From: Botryllus schlosseri
Taxonomy: Eukaryota
DNA: 64,000 nt
Direction: 5' to 3'
Assembly (NCBI GenBank): GCA_051294905.1
Contig: CM119371.1
Location: 17,858,001 to 17,922,000 of the forward strand
Under the pieces are notes generated by a model, which saw only the letters and a list, made by a program, of their open reading frames with translations, did not search any database and was not told where the DNA came from. A program made the position numbers and the translations under genes. This document shows positions 37,215 through 51,621 of the stretch, piece by piece (position 1 is the first letter of the stretch; each line of letters starts with the position of its first letter).

Positions 37215-39757
37215 CTTTACAGTATACCACGCGATGGTGACAGGAATGGGAATAATACATCTCTCGTTGTACACGCAGAAATCACGTACATGCTGTTAGA
37301 TTCGGCCGTGTGACAACAGACGACGCTGGTGGTGTTTATTTCCGACTGTACCTTCTAAAAACGATCTTTTTTCTAAAGATAATCACAGTTTTCAAAGGGA
37401 AGTAAATACACAGAATATCACGGAAAAGGCGTGGTTGTTTATATACTCAATTCGGACCGGATGCATGTCCATGAAACAATGGTTTACCAGCATTGTTTCC
37501 TGCACAGCGGTAGACCAATCAGAAACACTACATTCTATGACTATTTAGGAATGTGTGACCAGAACTGATTTCTGCCTTGTTCTATGACATATATCCAAGG
37601 TAACTAAATGAGCCGATTATATGCTTGTCGTTCTGATTCTATTCCCCTAGTGTTGGAGAGGGCCAACGAGGACATAATAAGCCCCACGGCAGGTCTATAA
37701 CCAGATCAAGCTAATACCGATGCAGATACAAATTAATAAAACGTCACAAACACAAAAAATATAAATGGGAGGACGCAATAACCTCTTTTATACGTCCGGC
37801 TGCACCACTGTCTCGCTGGTCGGACGCTATACTGACGCATTCACTGTTGAATGAACAAATGAATATATATCAAAATATCAAATATTACCATCGAATCTTG
37901 TAATACACAAATAGACGTACATTAGGTGGATTGTAGCTCTCAAGGCTCAACATCCTATTCTATTAGATTTTTTGTTGCAAATCTTGAATCGTGTCACTTT
38001 GCAGTCTGTCCTGCCCATGTCCATAAAGCACCAGCAATCCACCATCATGCCGACAGCGCTATATATTTATTAGTAAAATCGGATTTCCATTCCAAGTCTA
38101 ACTGCACCTTTATACTTGATAAGCACCCTGTGGCACTTCCCTCTAATCCTGAATGATATGCCCATAGGCCATAGGTATCAGACTGTAGCGAATGATTCTA
38201 AGGACAATATGTGAGTCAAGCCTCATCAAACCCTGTCTCGGCACAAGTCACGATACATCACGGGGAACATCCACTCATAGAAGGAATTTCCGAGCTGTGA
38301 ATTCAGCACGCGAATTATCATCATCGGCCATTGTCATGGAACGAGAAGGCCGAGTATGTATGCTCTGCACGTGATCGCCCTGACCTAACGTGAAAAAGGG
38401 TGCGGAATCAACAACAACAACGGAATCCGAAGCGTTGAAGGGAGATATTAGCCCGACCCAGAAACCAGAAATTTATATATCCTCTCTGAATCAGCGTGCA
38501 TATCTCATTAATATCCAGAGTATCCACTCATATTTTGTTGGAATTTAAGATGTAACGTTTCACACGCATTCTGTACACCGATTGGGCTTGCATCAAATAA
38601 AGATCGACGGCATTCCACGGCGTGATTTGTTACGGAAACAATCGCTAAATCGTTTCCCAAGAGGCACGTGATTTATTGAATATTCCTATTCAGGAAACTA
38701 AACGGTGTATAATCTATTCAGCAGTTTAGCCACTACCCATATACACTATACAGGATGCGCGACTGTCAACATGCGAAATGTGGTGCAAAGCAAAATATAA
38801 TATCAATCCAGTATTTGAAGATATCGCCCAAATAAGGTATTATAATAATAGTACTCAGCGCGGATTTTCAATACCAGGTGATATCGATGAAATTAGGGAT
38901 GGTGTGAACCTCTGAAGGTTCAGATTCGTGTGAACGCATACCCCTTTGAAAGGTTCTGTGTGAACGCGTACCTGAACCTCATGACGTCACGTTACGTCAT
39001 ATTGCTAATTCCAACCCTACATTTCATTGAAGTGATAGCACTAGATGATAACGTACACCACGCGTCAGAAACGTTTACGGAAATTTATACGCTGGTCAGT
39101 GGTCACTCTCATTAAGCAATTTGTCAAAATTATGAATGATAGTTGGTTGCGCCGATTCCAAGAACAGGGGGAAATTTGAATCCGCGAGCAGCGATCTACT
39201 TGTAAATTTGCTGACTCTACTTTTCGTACTGCAAGATAGACAATGTAGACAGCTTCATAGCCATATGTTGCCTTCAAATACGCTTTAGCAAATAGCTTAC
39301 TGTGCACCGTGTAAAACTTGCGTTCTTAGCGTTCTTTTGTGAGTTCGACATCAACATAATTTACTGAAGTCTCAGAGATTTTCTTGATTCGGTTACTTTA
39401 TTGAGCAGCTAATCATTTGATAAATTGTGCCTATAACTTGTAGGATGTCCGGAGAAGGTGGCGTTTCAAATTGCGGCAACAGATTCATTATGAGACAAAT
39501 CATACATTTCGCATTACCTCCACACGCCCAAACAGAAATACTTTTTCAGTCGTATCTTTTTGGAATGCAAAACAATCATCTTCAACTTTTCGCTGCTTGG
39601 ATTGCTTTGAACAACTTATTATGAATGAGTTCTGACTGAAGGTATGGAAGACTAATAGCTAACTGCATATCTATAGAGGACGAATCTACCAAACCCACGC
39701 ACAAAACAGATTTTTCAAGTACACAACTGAAGTTAATGACGTTGCAGTAGTTGCCAG

Positions 39758-41206
39758 CAGAGTTGGATCAATTACATTATTTCAGTTCAATTACAATTAC
39801 AATTACAATTACTTTCATGCATGTTTCAATTACATTACAATTACAATTACTCCATGCTGAAAATATCAAATTACAATTACAATTACAATTACTCCTTGCA
39901 TGCTTCAATTACATTACAATTACAATTACAATTGCTGCTGTTGAACATGTAATTGAATAATCATAAATTCAACCGTGCTCCTTGACAACCGTAGCGTCGT
40001 AATTAACAACAATTCAAGTATTCATGTTTCATTCATGATGCGCAAATACCCGTTAATTAATAAAAAGAAAAAACGTTTTCAAACTATTCCAGTATGCAGT
40101 ATGTCGTTGAAAAAAGTATTATAATATATGCACGTGTTGGATTTGCGTATATAGTATATAATTAAAGAAATATTATTATTTTTATCGAGGGACGTAGGAA
40201 TTAGGATGAGGAGTAAAAACAAAACCGTGCTTTGTCAGATAAGACGTTATATAATATCCAGTGGTCTGGTTAGTTAGCCAGCGAAGTAACGATGCAGCAT
40301 CGTGATCTGAAATCGTATTGTAGATTGCCAACCCACGGATAGATGCGCAAGATGTGAGTCACGGATGAATGCACCGACAAACGTACTGCAGAGCCGGCTA
40401 AAAGCAGCAAACTTTGCAGTCCTAGAGCTGGCGATCCAAGCGTCCAAATTTGATGCATCTGGTCTTTATCGTAAGCTATTGATGCACTAATTCCGAAAAT
40501 ACAAATTAAAATCTCGTCAGGGCAATGTAACTGCTCCAAAATAGCCGTTTAAGGCCGACTGTTCTGAAAAGTGAGAGCGCCGCATCAGCATGACCACAAC
40601 AATGACCAATTACGCCCAGCGATTGTTCAGAACAATGCCGATTCCCAGACTTTCACGACTATTTTGGGATGGTACCATTGCCTGGAAATATACTTTTATT
40701 GCGGTATCAGTGCGATTAGGACCATACATATCAAATTTCGACGCTTGGATCGCCAGCAATTGGACTATCAATTCTGCTGCTTTTAGCCGGCTCAGCAGTT
40801 CGCTTCTCGGCGTATTTAATCGTGAGTCACGTGTTGCGAATCCATCCGTTGGTTAGTAATCTAATATTTGTATACAATGGCAGCCGAGGCCAGCATAGCG
40901 GTAAAAATAAAAAACTTCGCCTGCAAGGGCGCAGTCAAGGGCTTCCGCGAATGGATCCATCAAATTCCTTGTCGACATTTAAAGAGAATGCATTATAAGT
41001 CAATTATTTTATGTTGTGCTTGTCAGGTCTCAATAGCAATTTAATGTAATTGAAATTGTAATTATGCAAAATTTTTGTCAAATTACAATTACAATTACAA
41101 TTACACAAAATAAAAATGCTTCAATTACAATTACATTACAATTACATTGAAAAATGTAATTAATTACATTCAATTACAATTACAAATTACAATTGATCCA
41201 ACTCTG
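39758..41206. mobile_element. hAT non-autonomous element with (CAATTA)n subterminal arrays
   Basis: TIRs cagagttggatcaatt / aattgatccaactctg; perfect TSD gttgccag. Confidence 0.92.
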
Positions 41207-42587
41207 GTTGCCAGTATAAAATCACACATTCAGGCTAATTAAAATCAGGATGTTTAGTAACCGAAACCTTTCAAAATACGTGGGTCAAAATGTCATTGTA
41301 AGAATGTGATGATTACTGAAGACACTTGCTGTCAGGTGCTTGTTACTGCATTGGCTTACTTCGTTGTGTGGATTCTGTTCGTTCCTCAGTTGCGTATGTC
41401 TGTGCTCGAAAGTACGTGGACGTGTCCTGTTTGCTTGTAGTTGATTGTATAGCCTGATTTTAGTGCCTCTTCAGATGCCTTCACTCTCCCTAGTTTGAGA
41501 ACCACTGGCTAGAGAGGGGTTCCCGATTGATTGTCATTTTCAGCATTTTCGTAGTATGGTGTAATATTGGCCGGGAAACAAATGCATCATCATTAATTTG
41601 GTTGTTGCTGAGTATCATATATTGATTTACAGATTTAATAAAACATTAAAAGGCGTATTTACGTAGGTAAACCCAAGCCGTCCGTATGATATAAAAGGCT
41701 TCGCTGAGCTACTGTTCGATTTTTCTGGGTAGACGAGATTTGAAACAGATTGGTCAATATGGGGAGTGAGTTTCCGAACATTGTGTACGGTCACCATTGC
41801 CAAGGACCACTGCAGTTGTTCCTATAACCTTTCGAGATTCGCCGAATCCCACAGGCTAAACAGTGGCATTCCATTGGTTATAAAAATATGATTCTTGGGA
41901 AACTTCTTAACGTCTCATACTACATATCAGAATATAACTATTCTAAAAAACATCTCTCTTGATAGCACGATCAATTTGAAATTTACCTATTCTAACAAAG
42001 AACTCTCTTGGATGACACAATCAATTTGAGATTTATCCATTCTAAAAAACACCGCTCTTCTTCATGCCCAATCGAACAAAATAATTTCAATACATATTCG
42101 TCACCTGCGATATCTGTCACTCGACCGATCATAATAATCGGTCGACCATACCACCTGGAATTTTAAGCAGTTGCAAATTAGCGCCGACCCCCAAAAGACA
42201 CTAATACTCCGATTTACTAACATAACAGAACAGAACAGATGATATACCGAAATTACAGTTCGTAGGAACCAAATCTATACATCCGCAAATGGTGATACCA
42301 GCGCCTACAAAAACGGTCATCGGAGGTACTAATAGTTCTATCCGCTTAAAAAGCACAGTGCACAATGCGGTACACAAGAGATAAGGCGATATAGTCCATA
42401 GGAGGATACAGAAAGGATCGAGCACGGAATCAAACCGATATACAAATCGCGATGGCGGTGACTAACAATTCTAACGCATTGCATTGATTAGATATGGACA
42501 GCGGTCCTTACAGCCTTGTGCTCTGTGTACCACGACAATGGCACATCAATAGCAATTCCAACAGCTCATTGCATTTTTCTTGGCAAC

Positions 42588-42644
42588 TCCTCTCTCTCTC
42601 TCTCTCTTTCTCTCTTTCTCTCCCTCTCTCTCTCTTTCTCTCTT

Positions 42645-42686
<42 letters not shown>
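42588..42686. repeat. (CT)n microsatellite, imperfect
   Basis: About 100-bp pure pyrimidine tract. Confidence 0.97.
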
Positions 42687-42688
<2 letters not shown>

Positions 42689-44075
42689 ACTTGCTAGTTC
42701 AGCTCACGGTACTCTCTGGGCTTTTTAGGTCACTGCGATCGAGCCAACAACCAGTGGTGTCGTGACGGTGTCGCTTAGCACACTGCGCCTCTCGCTTTCC
42801 CCAGTGACTAACAAGTCACGAGGTACCAATATTATTATCCGCTCAAAAACACGATGTAAAACGCGGTACACGAGATACAATGTAGAATTGTAATCGAGTC
42901 ACGGCCTTCCGGGTCACAAGTCAATCAGCGTTTTGAAAATTTTGATCCGGCAAACTCTAGTCAGTTCCAATTCACGGCCGAGTCAGGTCCGAGTCCAAGA
43001 CGGGTTGAAGAAGGCCTAGTCCAGTGACTATCAAACTTCATTAGACATAAGTACCTTGATGATAGTGAATAATGTCGCCCCCCTCCGTATTTCATGTTCA
43101 GACATGATAAGGCTTCTACATGTCCATAGGAATCAAGTGAACTCTAAATTGAAACCATCGATTGTGACACCGCATTGTGCATTGGAATATAGAGCATAAG
43201 GCAAACACATAATAATACACAGAAATATTACACATAAATATTACCTTCTATGCCAGAGGTCTCAAACTCAAATGGGCTTGCGGGCCAATTTTCCAGTTTT
43301 GACGACCCGCGGGCCGCAGCATTTATAGGGGTATTCTATGTCTTTTCAAGTAGGCCTTATTTGGCGGGAATGAATTGTTCTATTGATAGTGAGCCGATCC
43401 AGCAGACTCACTGTAAACACATATCGTCAAAATGGGATTTACTCTTGTATCAATTTAGGCCTGGCACGAAAATAATCATCACATTTATAACTATTTGAAT
43501 AGAATTGTTGCTGTACTTGATATGTATTATCTATAAGATTTAGACACCATATGGGCGGACAAATGTATGATACCATCATAAAGGCTATCGGGTTGTAATT
43601 CTCAGCTACTATGAATATTTTGAATCCAACAGATTGATAATAGAGACTGATCTGATATCAAAACATTTTGAAGTTGAGCATTGCAATTCCAATCCAGGAT
43701 TCGGGTATACTTTTGATAAGTAGGCTATTAATCTCATGGCCAAATATCTTCAAATATAGGACCAGAAAAAATATAAATAGATGTGTCCTAGTGATTGAAA
43801 TGTCGGAACGCCGAAAGGCCCATTGCTGTTACATCGTTGGAGCGTACCACTACGGCACGGATATCTAGAAGTTCTAGATATCCCTGCACTACGGTACTCG
43901 GTACCTTTAAGCGGGCTTAATAACATGGTTCAGCGACCAAAGATGTAACTAACAGATTGCCAACGGTTGCCATAACTATACTTGCTTAGTTAGCGAAATA
44001 CCAATCTGCGACCTTCTGATCTATAACTATTCCCCTATTAATACGCGATTAGTTTGTTGCGTCCATGGTTCTAAC

Positions 44076-46552
44076 CAGAGTTAGATCAATTGTAATTTGT
44101 AATTGAGCTGAATGTAATTAATTACATTTTTTCATGTAATTGTAATTGTAATTATAATTGAAGCATTTCTATGTTGTGTAATTGTAATTGCCATTTGATC
44201 AAAATTTTGCTCAATTACAATTTCAATTACATTTTCATGGAAACCTGACAATCACAATATCAAAAAATAATCAATTAATCAATGATTTATTCGTCGCACC
44301 AGTGAAAATCTGGTACGAACCAGGATGACGGCGAGGCCTTAATAAACCAGTGTTGGGATCAACTCACTACCTTCGAGTCACGAGTAAATTCGAGTCATTG
44401 CACATTTTGACTCGAGTCAAGTCAAGTCAATCGATTTTCGAAGGTGACTCGATTCAAGTCAAGTCAGTCGATTTTCAGAGGTGACTCGAGTCAAGTCGAG
44501 TCAAGTCAAGTCAAGTCAAGTAACGAGTCAAGTCAAATTGCCTTTTCGAGGTATGAGGCGTGATTAAGTCATCGTATTTTGCTAGCTGTCTGAAATACAG
44601 ATTGAGTGGTCATTGATTTTGAACCGATGAACGAATGTAGAGTTAAATATACACGCAGGTAAGGTGCTGTATCGCTCACGTATTTGCACAGCCTCAGTTT
44701 ATAGTTACCAGCCAAAATAGAGAATAGAGAAACGAATTGATAAAATCTACTACATTGCCCTTTTGCAAATTGATATGATACAATTCGAGCCTGCGCCAAT
44801 GGTTGAGGACTATATAAACTATTTGCGAATTCAATTTCAATAAAACAAGAGGTTTGGTTAAGTTATGAACACAGAACAGAAATGGACATTTTGCTATTAA
44901 ATTACTTTACTATACTATAGTTTACGACAACGTATGCTGTCAGCTTCGCTCACTTCGTTTGCCATCAATATATCTGTGAGAGAACAATGGAGGCTCAGTA
45001 AAACGCACGATCATTGAATGATTGGTCGCTCTCACGGATTAAACCAGCGATTTGCGAACAATCCGAACATATGGACGATACAGCGATTTTTATCGACAAC
45101 GATTATATTATGACTTGAAATTGACTCGTGACTTTTGTTCCGAGTCACGAGTCAATCCACATTTCTGATACGCCGAGTCAAGTCATGTCATTTTAGCAAA
45201 GTGACTCGAGTCAAGTCAAGTCATACGAAAAGAGTGACTCGAGTCATCCCAACACTGTAGTAAACAGTCACCACATGTAATAATTAGCCTATTTACATGG
45301 GTGTTCTATGCGTGCTGCGCTATAACTAGATAATTCAGTCACGCTAAACTGTTTCCCATACTTCAGTAATCAGTAGCAACAGCAAACTTTGTGAATTACA
45401 ATATAGGCTAAACCAGGGGTTCTCAAACTGAGGCGTGCCCCGTTGGACGGCGTGAAAGAATCTGAACGGGGCGCGACGCTCCAGTGAACTGAAATCTTTT
45501 CCGCGTTTGGCCCGATTCGCCTCCGTTTTATGGTTATTGCTCGGTGTATAGTTTGAATTTCGTATTGGAGAATTATCTCTCCGTGGGACACTAAATATTC
45601 ACTGTCATAAAGGGGAAGGGGGGCGTGTCTAAAAAAGTTAGAGAACCAGTGGGCTAAACTAAATCTTAATATTTCAAAAATGGTTGAACAGCAAATAAAC
45701 TCTTCTGAAACCTGTGCTAAACCATTTCCTACACCACGGTCAAAGTTTTTTTTTAATCTCTGACCAGTACCGAGGCTTGTTGCAACAATAGCAAAATAAA
45801 AATTCAAGTTTCCAACCAAGGCTTCATCAAACTTGATGACGCATTTGTAGGGATGTTATCCCAATCTTACCTCCAATCTTGGCCATATTTACTGGGGCCA
45901 GAAACTTTTCGCACCCCAATGTTCATCAAATGCAATCCAACAGTTTCCGAGCAAGTGAAAATGTAAATGCGAAACAAAATATTGTAATTCTTAGTTATCA
46001 GGAGGTTCTTTCCTTTTGCATTTATTTTAATTTTACGCACCTTATCGGTATCATCCTTATCGCTGACGCCTTATCAATTACATTTCATTGTACTGACTCA
46101 GCTCTGAGTAGCTTAATCGTTTGATTGACATTTCACTGACTGTCCGGTAGCCTATTCGCTGTTAGTCGCTCAAACCTTTGGTCCTTAACAGTCGCTTGAA
46201 ACATTTTTCTGTGCTTGTAGTTTTCAGTACTCATGATTAGGAATATAGTTCGAATACGTTCGAGTTTTTTTTAATTAAAGGGTATTCTACATGTCAAGAA
46301 TGAAACATGAATAGCTTGAGATTGTTGCTAATTACGTCGCTACTCGCTGTCAAAGAACACCTCTTTACTGAATCAATTACCTGTTTAAAAGTAATTGGAA
46401 TTGGAATTATAATTGTAATTATTACATGATTAACAGTAATTGTAATTGTAATTGTAATTTGATATTTTTAGCATTGAGTAATTGTAATCTAATTGAAACA
46501 TGCAAGGAAGTAATTGTAATTGAATTAAAATATTGCAATTGATCCAACTCTG
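44076..46552. mobile_element. Inverted second copy of the (CAATTA)n hAT family with nested MITEs at 44348-45257 and 45414-45651
   Basis: Perfect TSD gttctaac. Inner TSDs are taataaac/tagtaaac and ggctaaac. Confidence 0.9.
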
Positions 46553-48671
46553 GTTCTAACATATTTACGCCATTCCGAGTCACTCCAAGTTCACTCGAGT
46601 CATTTTTATTTTGCCATCGAGTTAGCCCGAGTCTGAGTAATTCTAAGAAAAGTCGCGTCCAAGTCCAACTCCCAAATTTCAGTCCCGAATCGTCTAAAGG
46701 TCAGGTTTTGTCATCATGGATTGGAAATGTGGCGAAATAGTGAATCTTCCACTGCATGGTAGCGTTTGCAATTGATGTGACAGTGAAGTTTGACGAATAG
46801 TTTAAGGCTTCTGGAGCAATTTAAGATGCTCTGGTGGGCCGCGTGTTTGAGACCTCTGTCCTGTACACTCCGTGTGCAATGTGCATGCTTCCTTTTTACA
46901 TCGCCAATAGGCCAGTTGGGTGTCTGATTTCGAAGACTACTCCATGTCATTTCCACACCTTCCTATCTTTCATTGCATCACAGTCTTGTGGTGCATTGAC
47001 ATGATGAAATAGTTAGCAGTAGGAAAGTGTCTATTCGTCTGGTAAGGAACGAATAGAGTCTTTCTCAAGCTATTCGTCCGGCAGACCTGACATTCACCCT
47101 ACATGTTAGTATTCCCGAATCAGTCACTTATATATGTGTGTAGCAGTTAGCTAACCTAATGGAGCTGCCGATATGCGGCGCGAGGTTTGACGTGACGTAA
47201 TCTGAAATTAGATTGTTATATTGAAAACCGTATATCAACAACAGATTATATGCCCATCGGATGAGGTGAAAGGTCAAGTTGAATCATATTTTAGACATGG
47301 ATTTATGCATGTGATGCTAGGTCGAAAGATGGGTGTCATCAGTTTGGCATGAACATGAGCAGTGTGGTGTCATGTCATGTCTAAGCATGAAAGAGGTGTG
47401 ACCAGGTCCTAACCATTAGTACCACCAGGTTTGTTTTTATACAATGTAGGTCTGGTATCAGTCATCATCTAGCGTCGGTGTATGAATGGTACGACGCTAA
47501 AATGACATTGAAATCGTAATATATTCAGGATCATTGCCTTTATTTAAACTCGGGGGTTTGGGAATGAATTAAACTTATTCCAAGCTCAAGAAACATACCG
47601 TTCTCTTAGGCAGCTTCGCGCCCCCTTCAGATGCTTTCACGCATCCAAAATATCGATATCGTGGTAACTTTACTCGTCCTCGAGAGCACGTATTCAAACG
47701 ACCATCAGGGTCCGCGGTGGAGGATTTCTCCCTACGTCAATTCCTCCTCCCGCACATTGCGGTTGACCCAGCAAACAGGGCCTACGTTCACTAGAAGAGT
47801 GGTGTGAATGTTCAACTGGATAGTTACGTTTACAGTGCATTAAACAAAAAAGCCTAGCTAACGTCTTACAGTGCAGTAATTAGTAGGTGTGTGTTTGCTT
47901 GGTTTTATAATTTTGATTATAACATGCCATCGTTTAATGCCGACTTGTAGCATTCAAATTTAGAGTTAGGGTTGTGGCCACACAGAGGCTAGAACAATGC
48001 TTTTCAACCCGTGGGATGGCACGCACTTGTGCCCATTAAAATCGTAAACAGTTGTTACTTTTTTGAGGCGGGATTATTGCAGTGACTCCCCAACTTTTGT
48101 AGTTGCAAGGCAATTGTGGAAACTTGTTCGAGTTATGACGCACCCCTAATCATAGTTGTACAATAACTTTGTCTCGCACCAGCCGCAGAGAATTAGAATT
48201 TGCGCACTTTAGTTATTACGTAATCAAAAATCTGGTAAAGCGAGATCACGAAGGGCATAATTTTGGGTCGCCACAGCACCAGAGCGATCTGTTAATATGT
48301 ATGTATTGGTTGTTAAATTTCTTGCATATAGATTTCTTCGCGATTTCATGAATGTAGTTTATGCATATCCAAGATCACTGTCTTGTGTACAACAGCCAAT
48401 AAAGTAATAAACGAAACACGCCGAATATATGGCTTGATCATGAAAATGGAGATTGACTTTCTGGATTTCCGTGGCCATACCCTGGCCACGGATTATTTTG
48501 TGGCCGGTCCAAATATTTCGTAGCCGGCCCATGAAACCTTCTTTGGCCATAACCGAATTCCATGGCCGAATGAATTATAGCAACTTGGTATTGATGGTCA
48601 GTACTGTCCGTGACCCATTCATGGTCAAACATATAATCATTCATATACTGTTATGGACGTATGGTCTATAG

Positions 48672-49225
48672 CAGGGGCGGGAAACTTCTCCGGTCGGCGG
48701 GCCGGACTCAGGAAAATGAACTACTTGGCGGGCCGGATTACAGAATGTGTAAATTATTCGCTTATTTCTTCGCCCACAAGGAATAAATCGTATTTAATGT
48801 AAACTTGAAGTTTAAAGCATAGAGACCAACAGCAGTGATTATTGAATTTATTAACGGTAGCTGACGCAGTCAACCAGACATCTGTGGTTGGTCAAAGTTT
48901 TCAACAAGTTCTTCGAACTCTGGTTGCATGTGGTATGTAGAAACCTTAGTAAAGACTGCACGGGAACATCAGTTTCATAACGCAGCCTTATCTTGGTAAT
49001 ATTCATGGTCAAAATATGTATGTACATTATACACACCCTAACAGAACAAGTAGTCTCATATCCATCTTTCTCAGGTTGGCAAACTGGCATTCATTTTGTG
49101 ACGCATCAAATTTATAAGTACTTTCAGAATATAAGTTTTCTTTTAGGGTAGAAGCTCCCTGCGGAATGGTCAAAATCCCTTCGCGGGCCGGATCCGGTCG
49201 ACGGGGCGTATGTTGCCCGTCTCTG
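48672..49225. mobile_element. hAT MITE spanning the start of duplication copy 2
   Basis: caggggcgggaaac / gttgcccgtctctg termini; flanks gtctatag/gtctatcg. Confidence 0.75.
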
Positions 49226-50214
49226 GTCTATCGAGTCTGCGCTAGCACTTTTCCCTCCACACAATTGCAGTGCGTTAAGCGCTTACGCCCATCAAGCCAT
49301 TTATCTGACCAAGCAATATGCCAGACGCTGTACTATTACGCTATCTCGAAGGCTTAAGGAACTCATGATTTGATGATAGTTTACAACGCACCGTCGCTTG
49401 GTAATTTTTCAATACTGGGGGCGGATTATTTTAATTTCTACAACCAACACAGAATAGAGGTGAACATGTGTAAAGGTGTTTTAATTTTAAACCTAGCTCC
49501 GACCTACTCATTAAATTTGATGATAATATAATTTTGGAACGTGCGTTGTTAGTGGACTGCAAACATAACCTCTAAATACGTAGTGCAAATAGAGAAGATA
49601 TCTTCAAGTAGTCGGAATGGATGAAAATGCCAAATTTTGATCCAACTGGCTGCGTGGAAATCAAGTACTGGCCATGAGCTGGTGGCCGGCCATGATTAAT
49701 TCGTATGTCTGACCGCGAAATTCGCTGTGGCCGGCGATGAGAAACCGCTTGCTCGTGGCCGGTCATGAGATATTTGTGGCCGGCCACATATTTTACTCTG
49801 GTCAGTGAGTGGCCGCGTGAAAGATGAGGCCACTACTGTGAAAGTGTGCCAACCTTTGCATTAAACGAATCGGGTTGAATTCATGGACCGATTTGTCCGA
49901 CTGTTTTCTATGGAAAGCACCCGTGAAGACCGTTGGGATGGTTACGTCTATAGGGGTGTGCAACGAGTGAGTAGCGGACCTATGAGACAAACTTATTTCG
50001 ACGCCAATCCCTCTTGCGTCGCGACACGCGTAGACGTGAAGTTTGGGCCAACATACCGTTGGGAAAACGTGGTACCAAAAACAGTGGCGTAGCAGCCACT
50101 GGCGGTTCTGGCTCTGCGCCAGGGGCGGCAGGCTCCAAGGGGGCGGCAAACTGAGGCTGCACAGTGAGAGAGATGCCTGCATCATCGTGATGCTTTGACG
50201 ACGGAGATGCGATA

Positions 50215-50395
50215 AGGACTTTATAGTAAGGTCATCTAGTCTGCACCCCGTTTTTCTCTCCTCCGTGATTGCTGGGCGTCTAGCGGGATGACCGCGGACA
50301 CCAGTTTTCGAGTCTTCGGTATAACCCAGCCGGGGATCGGGCCCACAACCAACCGATCAAGAAGCCGGACGCATCGCCATTACACTATCTCGCGC
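50215..50395 (-). mobile_element. tRNA-derived SINE (second family), degraded
   Basis: Reverse strand shows A-box-like gagatagtgtaatgg and B-box-like ggcccgatccccggctggg followed by ataccgaagact. Boundaries approximate. Confidence 0.55.
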
Positions 50396-50937
50396 GGCGT
50401 GTAGACAGCCGCCTAAAAGAAGAGTGCTTGGTAGTCCTATAGCTGGCGTCCCGTCAGCTAAAATTTAATCAAACAGGTCTCAATCGAAAGCTAGTGTCGC
50501 GCTGATTCCGAGAACACGAAATAATATGTTAACATGGCGATGGAATCTCTCCGAAATAGCCGTCACGGCCGATTGTTCGGAGAGTTCGCAGAAAAAGGAG
50601 AATGTCTGGCGAACAAACAGAAGATGGTGGCCTCAGTGTTGTTGAAGAATTTAGACGATGCATGTTTCAAGCATAGGACATATTTAAACTTGAAGCTGAA
50701 ACTAGGTTTACCAGCATTCACCACTTAAATGATATACTTGGATTTTTGAATTCCCACGCGCTGCTGCAAAGCGAAAGTCACAATTTATCCACCAGCGCTT
50801 TTAGAAGCACTTATGACGACGAGGTGTACTTTTTGGAGTTAGCTGCGAAAATTGCCATGCCTTATACCTCGAATTAGGAATCATATAAAGCAGAAGATTG
50901 CTAGCTTTTCATACAAACCAATATAAGGCCTCTAGGA

Positions 50938-51257
50938 CAGGGGTTCTCAACCTGGGGGGCGCACCCCCGTTGGGGGGGGGGGGCGTGAAAGCATCTTAAG
51001 GGGGCGCGAAGAATCGGTCAAATGAATTTGTTTCGCGCTATGCGCGATTTATCTCCAATTCACGCGTGTTTCTCTATATATAGACCCGGTTTCTTATTTT
51101 TGAATTCTCTCATCAACAGTCATAACCTTCCATGCCATCAAACAGTCTGTTAGGGTTGCTAGCATCCCGGTTGGATCTTGTAGTATGACGATCCGAGGGC
51201 GTGGAATTTTTCACTATCCTAAAGGGGGCGTGTCTAAAAAAAAGTTGCGAACCCCTG
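50938..51257. mobile_element. hAT MITE nested in the hAT element
   Basis: TIRs caggggttc / gaacccctg; perfect TSD ctctagga. Confidence 0.9.
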
Positions 51258-51621
51258 CTCTAGGACGAACACAAATTAAGTTATAATCATATGAAGTTGT
51301 TCAACTTGAGATTTTGAAAGGGTTAAGAGGCTGGTGCGGAGCAGTGAAACCACGTTTGATCGTAGTGCAACAACGTTTGATGTTTTCCAGTGGTTGTTTA
51401 ATGCAAAGCTACTTGATTCGACACCGTATTTATGCTCGTGTCTGAAACTTTATCTGAACATTGGTGTTTCAACTGCGAGCTGTCGTCAGCTCTATCAAAG
51501 CACCGAGTCGTTCAGACAGAGGCGCTTTGTCTTTTCATTATCTAAACGTATCAGTTAATCACCAATAGATACACTAGTCAGAGTAGTCTAGTCAGTAGTT
51601 CTCCAATTCCTCTTGTAGGAA

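Noticed and set aside
37918..38185. Candidate first coding exon of the fucosyltransferase
   Set aside because: Splice-like ends are present but every frame contains stops; no convincing membrane anchor.
39751..39960. ORF with ITITIT/LQLQLQ repeats
   Set aside because: Translation of the (CAATTA)n subterminal array of a hAT element.
42116..42815. Possible solo LTR and Ser/Leu-rich ORFs around the (CT)n tract
   Set aside because: No matched TG...CA ends with a TSD found; the ORFs are microsatellite artefacts.
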